A DNA stretch of 64,000 nucleotides. It comes from Hypanus sabinus. Taxonomy: Eukaryota. The position numbers were made by a program, and so were the translations under genes. This document shows, piece after piece, positions 1-11,851 of this stretch. The stretch is taken from the NCBI RefSeq assembly GCF_030144855.1, contig NC_082727.1:54250001-54314000 (forward strand). Direction: 5' to 3'. Every line of letters starts with the position of its first letter. Position 1 is the first letter of the stretch. The notes below the pieces were generated by a model that was not told where the DNA came from, made no database searches, and was given only the letters and a program-made list of their open reading frames with translations.

Positions 1-227
1 GGCAAGTGACTGAGATAAGAGTGGGGGGAGTACTATAGGAACAATGATCACAATTCTTAGTTTTAAAATAATCATGGAAAAATTTCAAAATTTGTCCTTT
101 TCTAATTGACAGCAGGCTCACCACACCATAAAATTAGATCATATGGGATCTAGGATGAGCAAGCCAATTGGTGGAAGGATTCACAGCATGGTAGTGAAGG
201 GTTGTGTTTTTGAGGCCAGTGACCACA

Positions 228-605
228 GGAATTGGCGCTACACAAATAACCTCACTCTCAATGTCAGCAAGACCAAGGAACTGATTATCGACCAGGACGA
301 AACTGGAGTCTCATCAGCCAGTCATCATTGGGAGATCTGAGGTGAAGAGGCTCTTGAACCAGAGGTGATTAACTTCATTTGCTCCATCACTGAACTGTTC
401 CCTATGGACTCACTTTCAAGGACTACTCATCTCATGGTCTCCAATATTTATTGCTTTTTTTGTACTTGTCCACCCTATTGTGGGCAGTCTCTTTCAATGA
501 TTCTATTATGGTTCTTGGATTTACTGAGTATGCCCACAAAAAAATGAATCCCAGGGTTATTATTGTGATAGCTATGAATTTTCTAATAAATTTGCTTTAA
601 ATTTT
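228..605 (+). mobile_element. Rex1/Babar-type LINE fragment, internally deleted
   Basis: NNLTLNVSKTKELIID RT motif, then a 3' UTR shared with the copies at 26.8 and 52 kb. Confidence 0.7.
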
Positions 606-669
606 GCATCCAGTTTCTTGCCATCTATATTGATCCTCAGAATGAGACTGTAGTTTGCATGGTTTTGCC

Positions 670-1410
670 AATCACAAGAAGATTGATGACATTGTGTACC
701 CAAGATTAAAATGGGATCTGGATCAATAGGTGAAGTGAACTAAAGAACAGCAGAGAATTTAACTCAGACAAGTATAAGAGATTGTACTTGGGCAAGTTTA
801 AACCAGGTCCTTACACAATAAACAATACCCATGAGTACAGATATATAGTTCCTTGAAAATGAAGGCAAAATTTGGCACACTTGTCTTTGTCAGTCAGGAC
901 ATCAAGCACAGGATTAGGACACATGTAACAGCCCAAATCTTTTATGAGACTACATTCAGCTGTGTATGCAGTTCTAGTTCCTCAGCTGTAGAATAAGTAC
1001 TGTTGTTACCAGGACCAGATTGTTCGAGTTATAAGGAGAGGATTGACTTCTTTCCCCTGGAGCCTTGGTGGCCAAGGGTTAACGTTATAAAATCATGACA
1101 AGCGTAGATAAGCTGAATGGTCTTAGACTGTTCCCAGTATAGTGATATCAAAGACTAGAGAACACAGATACAAGATAAGGTAATTAATTAAATAGGGGCC
1201 CAAGGGAAACGTTACCCACACACAAAGTGGTAGATATATAGAATGAACTGCCAATGGAAGCTGGAGAGGTGGGTACAATTATAATACTTAAAATATTCAC
1301 ATAGGTAAATGGATCACAAAGGATTGGAAAATATGGGTAAAAAAAAGAAATGGGAGTAACGGACAAGACGGGCCGAAGGAACAACTGTGCTGTTTAACTC
1401 TATGACTCAA
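670..1410 (+). mobile_element. Degenerate CR1 LINE 3' portion
   Basis: Colinear with the CR1 copies at 27.4-28.0 and 50.4-51.1 kb; ends in gggccgaagg...ctgtgctg...ctctatgactc. Confidence 0.7.
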
Positions 1411-1619
1411 AAGCCAGCCAATGGCTGGAACACTAGGAGCAATAACAATTCAATAAAACCTGACCCAATGCTATTATTATGCAAAATAAAATCACGCAAT
1501 GTTACAAGAATGAAGACTGTTGTCAAATCTATATTTGTTAAAGGTTTCGCCGAACGCCAAACCGTGAGGGCGCCCGTTAAAGACCAAACGTTTATCGGGA
1601 AAGTGGCATCAGATAGTAA

Positions 1620-1995
1620 AACCAGAGGCCCGACACCCACAGACGCGACGCGGCCCGCCTCGGCCTTGCGGCCTACACCAGCTCCAGAGACATTAACTGT
1701 GCATGAGAACTTCCCCAACACCGCCGCCGTACCGAGGGTATATTAGTCTCACTCTATGCCCATTAACCTACCTCACTGCTCCCTTCTCGTTAACCTCCCC
1801 TTTGAATTTATAACTGAAATCCGGAGCGTTGCCGTTCCAGCCGCCGCTGATCTCGTGTGTCGCCGCCACTCGCAACCCTCTCTTCCGATTGGCCAGTTTG
1901 AAGTCGGACCGCTTTGACGCGCCCCACGTCGGTTTGGGAGTAAGGATGTGACGCACACGGCGAGCTGTTCACGTGACATGTTAGTACCGCGCAGG
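1620..1995 (-). promoter_or_regulatory. CpG-rich promoter and probable non-coding first exon (donor at 1772/1771), likely Bub3
   Basis: Local GC/CpG peak; GTCACGTGA E-box 1969-1977; TGACGCA 1949-1955; CCAAT box 1888-1892; TTTGAA CHR-like elements 1897-1902 and 1801-1806; minus-strand donor GAG|GTAGGT. Gene identity rests only on conserved synteny, since no Bub3 CDS is in the window. Confidence 0.6.
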
Positions 1996-3644
1996 TTTAT
2001 CCCTCACCTGCAAAATCTCAACTTCGGCTTGAGCAAATGAGCTTGCAAATAAAGGAGAGCGTTGCATTTAAAGACTTCTTTATAAGAGAAAGTTGTGTAA
2101 AGGAAAATCTATTAAGAATGCAGTTTGGTGCAAGAATGTCACTTTATAATTTGCCTCTTTTAGAGGGTTAAATTACTCTGGAAGTTTAGCACTTGTAGAT
2201 CTTTAACACTAATGCAAGTATTTAAAGCTCATAAATATTACCATAATTTCGAATTCGCTTGTGGAGGAAGTAATCCTCCCAGTTTTAAAGAAATTGCAGC
2301 AGGGTGGTGAATGCACGGATAATATGGACGGTATCAGTAGGGTAAAGTAATTAAAACGTAACATAAATGTATTATGGATGAAAGTTACCTGAGTAGGTTC
2401 TTATCAAGGGTTATCTACATATATAATATTGTGTCCATTTTTAACCAAGATGTTATTCAAACCTACCTTTACACAATGTAATTCCCAAGTACTTTCACGG
2501 TACTTTATAGAATGGAATGGTCATAATTTCATTTAGTCTATAACACATGTCCTTTAATTTAACATGTTTTATTTGCTCTCAGTAATGAATATAAGCATTT
2601 GTACGATTTTCTGTAAATTCTATAAATTAAGTATTTTCTGTAAAATGATTTTGAAGTTACTTTCAAATCACCATAATTATGTTTGCTTGTCCCCTCACGC
2701 ACTTGCCGCCTATAATGCACGTAGTACGTTACAAAATAATAATACTACTGGGATGGCAAGATGCAATCTGTAAAAAATCCTTTTCCATATTGCATCGAGA
2801 GTTCAACTCCAATATAAGCTCATTTATAGATTACATCAGTGGTCCATAAATCTACAGTGTTAAAGTAAACTGAATAATAATCAGCAAATAGAAAGCATAA
2901 CGTTCTCCTGTGATGTTTTCTTGATACAGCTCTGCACGCGAACATTCGGCCCCTCGTGTCTGTGTCGATTTTCAAACTACTTTGTCATTCTTTCCCCGAT
3001 ACCCGTGCAAATTATTATCCATTAAAGGTGCTTCCGAATTTCAATTTTAAGTAAATATTACTACATTTAAATATAATTTATATAGTTAAATGGTATTGTG
3101 TGCTATAGCCTTGAATGCCTTTCTGAAAATTTGATGCGTGGTCGTAAAAACCTGAAAAATATGTTCTAATATTCTAACAGGATAGCAAATTGCTACTCAG
3201 TGCTGCGCAATTACGCAACATACAGTTGGAAGTTCATATTTACCTGTTGGGTCAAGATAAGACAGGCATAGGGTATTCGCGATGAAGACAAACATTCAAC
3301 AGAACAAAAGTACAACACCGTAAACGCATTTTGATCAAAACGCTTTTGGAAATATACATTCGGCGTCCAGTTCAGTGCAGCTCCTGCACTGTAGAGCATC
3401 CTTTGTAGTTTATCCAAAATATTTTGAGCCTGTTTGATTTATGTGGCTGAAATATATTTCAATGAACGGCAGACAGGAGACGCGAATTTTCGATGTTTTT
3501 TTTTAAAATGATCGTGCATTTTAATTTCACCGATTGTCGATAGCATTGATCTTTCTTAATTGGAAGATTGGAATTCTTAAAGTAAATGTAAACTTACCAA
3601 AATTAAAATGGAATGTGACCGTTAAAAAAAGCATATTATGCTCA

Positions 3645-3790
3645 GACACGGGACAATCTGCAGATGCTAGAAATCCAAAGCAACACACAAGTGTTGTTGG
3701 AGGAACTCAGCAGGTCGGGCAGCATCTGCGGAAATATGTAAACAGTCGATGTTTCGAGCCAAGACCCTTCATCAGGACCGGAAAGGAAGG
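3645..3790 (-). mobile_element. Penelope-like element terminus with hammerhead motif
   Basis: Minus strand reads ggtcCTGATGAagggtcttggctcGAAAcATCgactg (3779-3743), followed by the family's agatgctgcc...gagttcctcc tail. Confidence 0.75.
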
Positions 3791-4966
3791 ATATATAGAA
3801 ATAACTCTTTATGATACTGGGCAGGGTTCCTAATTATTTGCTGTATCAAAACGAGGCGTACCTTTCGTGAACTGTTCTAAAACATATCTGGAACTTTTTT
3901 TAAGAGATGTTTTATGTTGTTTTACTTCGATGTGACGTCGACCACTGGCTTTAGTGCAAATAGTCACTTCAAAAATTCAGGTTTTGAATTTTCCAATTAT
4001 ATATCAGTCAGTTGAAGTAAATAATGAAATGGGATTACCATCGTTGCAACTACATTGCGCCAAAATATAACTCTATAGATTAAGAATTACTTTTAATTAA
4101 TTTTTGCCCAACATGTTCTCTGAAAATGCCAACCTAAATTTATTTCTCCTATTAAAGGCACTAGATTTAAGACATTGCAAAACATTTTGAATGTCCTTAA
4201 TTACGTTTATTAACTTTCTGTAAAGCTAATAACGTAATTAATTTAATAATAAGTTAAGAGATTCTGAACTGCTATGCATGAGCATGTTTTGCACAGAACT
4301 CTTCATGATCAGGTAAGGTACCGCACTCATCGAATTTTGCTTGATAAAAGTTTCGGTAGCATTACACGCAAAACTGTTCTTACATTTATATGTCATGGGT
4401 TCAATTTGTTAATTTACCTCAGGAACAAAGTATCCTTAATAGATGTTTAACGGGCCATGTGCACCTTATAAATGGTGGTTTTCGTAGTGCAAATAAAATA
4501 GCGGTCAAAGATTCTTGAAAGAAAACCATCAGCATTTGCGTTATTCCTTCTCAGGTTTTGTTCTCTGCTAAACTCGCTTGCCATGTGAGCAATTTCTGTG
4601 ATGAAAAAAAAGAACCCTAGCACGAATTTCGAGCAAAACCTTCAAACCAGACGTATATTTTGTGATTTCCTACTACCTGTTAAGAAATATTTCGATAATG
4701 AATGCAATGCTTCGTATCCTTCGATTTTTATGTGACCATTTTAGCGTCATCTTCACTAATAGAAAATACCGGTAGTTATCAAATAAGAAACTGCAACTTA
4801 ATCCATATATACACTGTATATTTAATACAATTTATAGAGAAGCACATTGTCTTTATAATTATGCAAGTGATTGCATATAAGAAAGATATATTTTAACAGA
4901 TACGGATATTATATAAATATACAATTTAATTGTTAAACAATTATAAAGAGACGTGGACAGAAAATG

Positions 4967-5505
4967 TCAGTATTCAATTTTGTTGTAGAGATTGTAGAAG
5001 GGAAGAGCTGTAACGTTGCTGCCCGGATAGTACAAAGGAGCTGGGAACGCAATTGATCTGGGGACTGGGACCCTCAACAGGGAGTTGTCTCTGAAAACTA
5101 GAGGCATTCCTACAAGAGTCTGCGCTGACGCGTGAGCCATATTAGCTGCCTCAAGTTCTGCTGAGAGCTGCCGCTTCCACTTATTCCTACGGTTCTGGAA
5201 CCAGGTTTTGACTTGGGTCTCTGTGAGCTGAAGGCTGGTGGCGAGGCAAGCCCTTTCCGAGCTGCTCAGGTAACGTTTCATGTCGAACGTGGATTCCAGT
5301 TGGTAGACTTGGCTCCTGGAGAAAACCGTGCGTGTCTTCTTTTTGGCCGGATTCCCCTGTCTGTCCGCCTCCCTCTGTCTGTCTGAGGGTGTCTGCAAGC
5401 AAGTTTTCTCCTTTTCTTCCTTGTAAATCTGACCATCTTGCGTAAGGTACTGCTGCCTCCTCTCAGCGTTTTCCTGCCCAGAATTGCCAACTCCTTTAGA
5501 ATTAC
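4967..5505 (-). CDS. HMX2: Hmx2 coding exon 2 (homeodomain)
   Basis: Acceptor ttttgcattttag|GT at 5506/5505. Homeodomain with Hmx2-type residues SQVYQLE, ERACLA and VKTWFQNRR, followed by [18 protein letters not shown]...YNLYNKIEY. Spliced CDS 804 nt = 267 aa. Confidence 0.97.
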
Positions 5506-6561
5506 CTAAAATGCAAAACAATGAAACATTTTTTTCAGATATTCTTTCACTGGTCTTTGCAGTAATCATATTTCCACTACTTTTACAAATTAAAATAAAA
5601 CTCTTGCTGTATGCACTCCAAAATAACGGAACGACATACAGCATTTACGTTTATTAGTCTCTTCGTCTGAATGAAGACGAAGCACTGACATTAAATATAA
5701 TTGAAACCAATATCGGGTGACGCAAGACAGCAAGCTGAACGGAATTTAGCATATTGTCGTGCTAAGAAACAGCCAGCGTCTCTGAACAATCATCCACAGG
5801 CCAACATACTGCAAATTGTTCTACAGCGATACGCAGCTTTTTAATCAGCCTCACCTGTACGCGCAACATAAACTGTCATAATTTTGCTGTAAGCGGCTGG
5901 TGAATCCCATTGTTCATACTTAGTAAACCCTTAATGAAAGATGAAGAAGAAACGTATTCCTCAATCTGTGCAGTAATTTAAGTTGATGAAAATAAATAAT
6001 CATGTAAGTACGTCGTGAGACCATTGTGGTGTGAACGAAGTCAAGAGCCAGGCTGCTGCCGTTGTGTGATAGCCAGGGTTCTGTCACAACGCATCTACCA
6101 CAGCCAAGTCCTTGAATTCTTTTTTAAATCAAGCTCTGATATGAATGTATAAAATACCAAATGTCATGCTTCAAAAATCAATCGCATGGATGCCCCCTCT
6201 ACCCGCTACAAAATATGTGGCTATTGCTCTTTACATGAATTTAATACACCTTCCTTGACGACATTAATTCAAAGTGTCAGCGTCTGCGAATGCTCTAATG
6301 ATGTTTTCATTATTTTTGTTTGGTTTTATAAAAAGACAATAAAATATTGGTTTAATCGTGGGTATTATCGTATTAAGACCACTATGAGTTACCCCACGGC
6401 CCCTATGTATAAAACAAAATGAAAACAACCCTAAACGCTTCAATTTAAATACAATATTGGAAGCTGGTAATATTTTCTCTAATAAAATTATTCTATAAAT
6501 AATATCCAAAAAATAAAGGATAATAGTGCAGGATAAATAGGAAACATTTGGCTGTACTTAC

Positions 6562-6826
6562 TCACACACGTGTAGCTGATAGTCTGGTGCCTGCGACAGG
6601 GCTCTCCCGGGCCAGAGTCAGAACAGAAGCAGTCCAGATCTTTGTATCCTTCCTCGGTTAACTCTTCGTCCGAGGAATCGGACAAACATCGCTGCCTGGC
6701 ATTTACTTTAGCATTGTCTTTGCAACCTGTGCGTTCTTCCTTCGACGAGGTCCCAAGTATGGACTGGATGGTGAAGCTGGAGATCGGGGCTGAGGAACAC
6801 TTTGTAATGTCGTCTTTGTTGCTCAT
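6562..6826 (-). CDS. HMX2: Hmx2 (Nkx5-2) coding exon 1
   Basis: MSNKDD...SSFTIQSILG (eh1), CLSDSSDEE and CFC match the Hmx2 N-terminus. Donor TGA|GTAAGT at 6562/6561; 265 nt, phase 1, compatible with exon 2. Confidence 0.92.
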
Positions 6827-6989
6827 TCTGCGTGCATAAAAAAGAACAGAAACTTAATTGCCTCACAGTCGCTTGAAGAAGTCTTAGTGGACGTATATTC
6901 TTCTGGCTTTGTTCTGCGGTCGCTTTCCCTGAGCATGCACGGGCTGAATGCATTCTCTGTGTCCCGTAAACCTGTATTGATCTCCTGCC

Positions 6990-7130
6990 TAGTCGCTGGC
7001 GTTGGCTGATTTGCATGTAGGTTTGAGTTGCAGCCAATCAAAAACAGCAGTCGGTGCCGGAAATTTTGAACTTTACACAAGCTAAGGGATGATTAGGTTA
7101 ACCGAAGTATCTGATTGATTGTTGATGTTT
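6990..7130 (-). promoter_or_regulatory. Candidate Hmx2 proximal promoter
   Basis: Octamer ATTTGCAT 7009-7016, CCAAT 7034-7038 and TGATTGAT 7112-7119, 180-300 bp upstream of the ATG. Confidence 0.45.
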
Positions 7131-8099
7131 GTAACATTATATACATATTCTTACTTTGGAGGAATATGATGCAGCACAGTGTGACAATAGATATGGCCCA
7201 ATAGGCGCACGTGGTGACACAAATGCGTCGAGTTGTTTTATGTTTTAATGAACGATAGGCTGCGGTATAGCTCACTTGACTATGTGACTGTCTTCCTAAA
7301 TATTAAATAGTTCCTGCTCAGTGAGATCAGGAAATGGGGCCGTTAATAACTACAGAGTTTATAAAAGTAGTCAAATTAAGTCGATAACGTGGGATAGGCA
7401 CAAATCAAAACAATTATAAAATGTTTATGCCAAAAATGTAAAATAATATAATAAAAATAATTTATATTGCAGTCTTTCTTCCGATTATATTGTCGAGGAT
7501 ATGGAACTTAGGAGAATTCTTCGTTCCATCTGTCAGATCTCTATGGGTGTGCTTTAGTTTTTACAGTGTGGTTTTGAAAATTCGTGACCCGAGCAGCACA
7601 AAGCTATGAATGGAGCAGCCTAGTGATATCAACAAATGCTGCTTCAGCGGCGGAACTGATTTATAAAAATGTTTAGTTCTGAAACAAAATGCATGTTCAG
7701 TGGCAGTTAATTTTATTGGGAGTGTTGGGGGATACCTGGGGCCTTCCAAGATCATCAGTGCATATTCAGCAGAAGAATAAAGCCATTAAATATCTCGAAT
7801 TTGGTTTTGCTTCAGGTTACGGATAGCTGCAGCCTGAATGGTAGTTTGGATTAACTCTAGTCGCTGGTCTGCAGAAGATTGAACGGTTTTGTTGGGCTTA
7901 ATCTAGGACTAAACCTTAATTGATTTTGGATGGCGACTATTTTTGGTTGTATGTAGTGTTGACTTCAAAAGAAAAAATATTCAATACTCAGTATTTTTCT
8001 TCAATACAAGGTTGGCTAACCATTCTTATTTAACAAGACCAGATTTAGAGACAAATGCAATAATATTCGTTGGAATGGAAAATGGTTTAAAATCGATCA

Positions 8100-8450
8100 C
8101 CGTGGGGAATTTGTGGAGAGATGTGTTTACTGAACTTTACCAAGTCTGCGTGATGACCAGGGAGTGGTAGTGCGCAATCTGTGCTATGGAAATCGGTGGC
8201 AGCAAGTCGCACTGGATGTCAAAGATTAAGATTTGGAAGGTTGCCCCCCTCCCCTCCCCTCCCCTCCCTTCCGTTTGTGGTGTTTGGCACATGAGTTGGA
8301 ATAGCACCCGAGACTGAATGGATGAAGCTGATCTTAGTTTTAAATTGACTAAATATCTAAGGTTAAGTGCTGCTGGATGGGTCATGTACCAAGTACAGCA
8401 ACTACATAGGATGCTCATTTCTTGGCGTCAGGCATAATGGCGACACCAGG
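8100..8450 (-). mobile_element. Possible ancient L2-like LINE RT remnant
   Basis: Minus strand shows a frameshifted YADD-like word (cattatgcctgacgcc) and SLGVLF in the expected order; highly decayed. Confidence 0.3.
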
Positions 8451-11400
8451 AGAGATGCAACACGAGATCACTGCAGACGTTCAGCCAATTATTGATATGA
8501 CAGGAATTGAACTAAGATAAACAACTTAGTAAACGTAATTGATGTCAGTAGTTTTAAACTTTGCATTGGTATTCAATCGGACTGTGATTACCAGTGACCA
8601 GATACTGTTACCTGACTTTCCTATTGGAATGGGCAAAATTGAATAATTTATGTCAAATGAACCCTCTTTTATCCTTAAATCGATTGCTAATATGCAACTG
8701 AATTATAGCCTTTAAACCGTTTCGTTTTTGTATCCTTTCTATCAGCGATAAATAGAAACTGATTGGATTTACTTTTTTGGAAGAGAAGTTCCATTAAAGC
8801 ATTTTGAAAATACGTTTGAAAGTAACGTAGCAGATTTAACCAGCTGCACCTCCTCACTCATCCAATGTTTTGTCTGGAGTTGTGCCCTGTGTATGCCTAC
8901 TGCATTTTATGATGTTCTGTATGCAGGGATACAACATTGACCCGTGTACAGAAGAAAATGCACACGATGTACAGTTTTTAATATATATATATCACATTTA
9001 AGATCATTCTTAACCCAATTTCTCTTCATTGTGGCGGCACCAAATATTACTGATATTTTCCAACAATGCAATGTACGGTTGTAATCCGAGACACTGAATG
9101 TCTCTACGGTTTGTATATAAACTATTAGCAGCAATCTAAAGGCAAGCTGAGTAACATACGATATATTTAGCGTCCATTGGACCGACAGTTAGTGAATAAA
9201 TTAATCAGTTCCTTGATCAATGACAAACCTCGAACATCGCTGCTAGATTAGTTGAAGTAGACGTACCATTAAGAAATGAATTAATTTATGACTGTCTAAT
9301 TGAATAGAGGGTTTAATTAAGGAACTAGCCAGTTAACCAGTTGATCGAAGTAAAGCGCACCTAGCCAGTCTTCATGAGATACTGCTGGCGAGCTATTAAA
9401 ATAAGGCATGAGCACGTGACCAGACAGAATGAATAGGACATGTCAATTTGTTAAGTAATTAAAGTATCAGGTTAATAAACGAAACTGAAAATCCTATGTT
9501 ATGAACATGAATTCACCTCAATTCTCCTCAAACCATCACGTCTGTGATGCAACTGTCAGTTTCAGGTTCGCTATGATGTTAGTAGGTTATTGAAGATTAG
9601 CAACATTCATCCCATCTATTACCTGATTACTCAGTAAAGAAGTCTTGAGCCAAAGTATATTTTACTCATATGATTTTATGATAACCCACCCCGCTTCCAT
9701 CCCCTTGATCAACTACAGACTTTTGTTGACCATTTTTATTGTATATCTCATAAATATGAACAGTTGCAAAACAAAAGCATCTTGATTCTCAAATACAGGT
9801 CGATTGACATATATAAGGCCTTGTAACAACCTCGTCTTTTTTATATTAATTGAAATACAGTTGTTATTAGAGTTAGTTTTAAATAAGATCGCTTATTCCC
9901 CTATTAAGTGCATCAGATTAAATGTCACTTCTGCTAATACTTTTCGTCTAAAATGCTTTCCGCGGCAAAGCTGAATCGATCTTATTGGAGTTCGACTGCG
10001 TTTACTTGCTTATTTTGCTGGCTCTGAAAGCTCTCGATGGAAGGGGCCGGTTAATTGATTGATTGGCAGGGGCTGCGCTCTTGTCCTGCTCCGGGAGGCA
10101 GGTGTGAGCGTCCTGCTCCGTTCTACCACATTAACCTTTTCATGCTTTCACAGGGTCGCGACACATTACAAATGGTCAGCTTTAATCATAGTGTCAGCTC
10201 GTTAACGTGGCGCGCCCCTGCAAAAGGCGCTGGATGATCAGTCTTCATTCTCCTCTTAGTCAGGCGCTGGGGCTAGCGCCAGCCTGTAGCCACAAAAAGA
10301 AGCAATAGCGGCTTCAGAAAGTTACAAACTGGACGCAATTAGCCTACTTGATCTAACGTAGGCACTAAACAGGGATATGGTGCAACTTGTTGGGGGATCA
10401 CGTCAGGTACCAGCATTTCATTTAATCCATTTGGGATATTCGAATAGTGTAATTTGTAAAGCAAAATCAAATTATTTCGCTAAATATATTGTTGCACCCA
10501 ATTTGATCCCGCTGACTACTCATTACTTCAAATTTTTAAAGTCAGTTAATCATTACCCATTGTGGTAATGTTGGTCAAATTAAAGATGTACGTGCACAGA
10601 GTATAATTCCTAGTGGCTGAGGTTCTTCTTTAGTTACCCAGCAAAAATCCAGATTCGCCGGACATATGTGCACAGGAGCAAACATTTTGCTGTGTGATGT
10701 ATTGCCGACAGCCAAGCAGGACACTGCGTTTGAATAGTGTTTGGAGGCAATAAAGATAAGGCGTGAAATCTACATTGACGTATTAAATAGGCACATTTTG
10801 CGAGCCTTAACTGTTTAAGAGACTGTTAAATGCCCGCATCTGCTCGAAAAGAACTCTTAAAATTATATTATAATAAAACCTGTTCGTTCTAAGACCTCTG
10901 CTGTTCTCAATAACGTAGATCACGTCTGTAGATTTGAGGGGATAGCTGGTATTTTCTTTTGTAAGCCAGTCGGAAAAAACGTACCTCGGATAAATCTGGT
11001 CTGTAATCACTGCCAGTGTATCATGCCTGTTAATGCTTTATAAGCACAGATTGTGAAAGCGCAGAAAATGGAAGCATTCTTCCCCCCCCCCCACCCCATC
11101 TCAAAAAAAAGTATAGAAAATGTCAGGCGCGCATTGTCTCTAATGAAAATTGATCTTGAGTAGGTTTATGCTGCTCGAAAATAGCCTCCTGACCGCCTAT
11201 AATATTGCGAAGGTTCCACCTGCAGTGACAGATGAAGTCATAAACAAGTTTGATCTGCGAATCAAGCTTCGATAAATATTAAACACAGTCCTTTACACGT
11301 GTGTATTATGATGTATGGCGCGTCGAACTTTAAAATAAGGAAATTACCGAAGAAAATGATATCAATAAATTTTCTAAGTATAAACGTTGATTATGTTTCG

Positions 11401-11712
11401 ATTTTCATTCAAAAGCTTGCTGTTTCTGGTACAAATGACATCTCACAACGGGCTGCAAAAAGGCTCCCTATTCCACGGGAGCCTGGAGGTGTACAATTTA
11501 TGTAATCGGGGCTGGAAAATGAATTGTGTAATTTATTGGAAAACAGAAGTCATCAAGATTAGATCAGCATAGCCTATCAAAGGGCTACAATCCATCAAGT
11601 TCCAATTAACAACCTAAGACGCGTAAACCATAGAGCGTTAATGGGTTTCCAATCTACTGGACTGATAGACTCATCAATTCCTCGGGGATGAATTAAGAAA
11701 ATCGACCGCCCC

Positions 11713-11851
11713 NNNNNNNNNNNNNNNNNNNNNNNNNNNNNNNNNNNNNNNNNNNNNNNNNNNNNNNNNNNNNNNNNNNNNNNNNNNNNNNNNNNNNNNN
11801 NNNNNNNNNNNNNNNNNNNNNNNNNNNNNNNNNNNNNNNNNNNNNNNNNNN
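11713..11851. other. Assembly gap (139 N)
   Basis: Run of N flanked by short C runs. Confidence 1.

Noticed and set aside
1387-1746. 119-aa and 104-aa opposing ORFs
   Set aside because: Non-ATG starts, spanning a CR1 tail and the GC-rich start of an intron; no recognisable domain.
5506-5644. N-terminal 46 aa of the 225-aa ORF (MLYVVPLFW...)
   Set aside because: Intronic read-through upstream of a clear acceptor at 5506; the true N-terminus is exon 1 at 6826.
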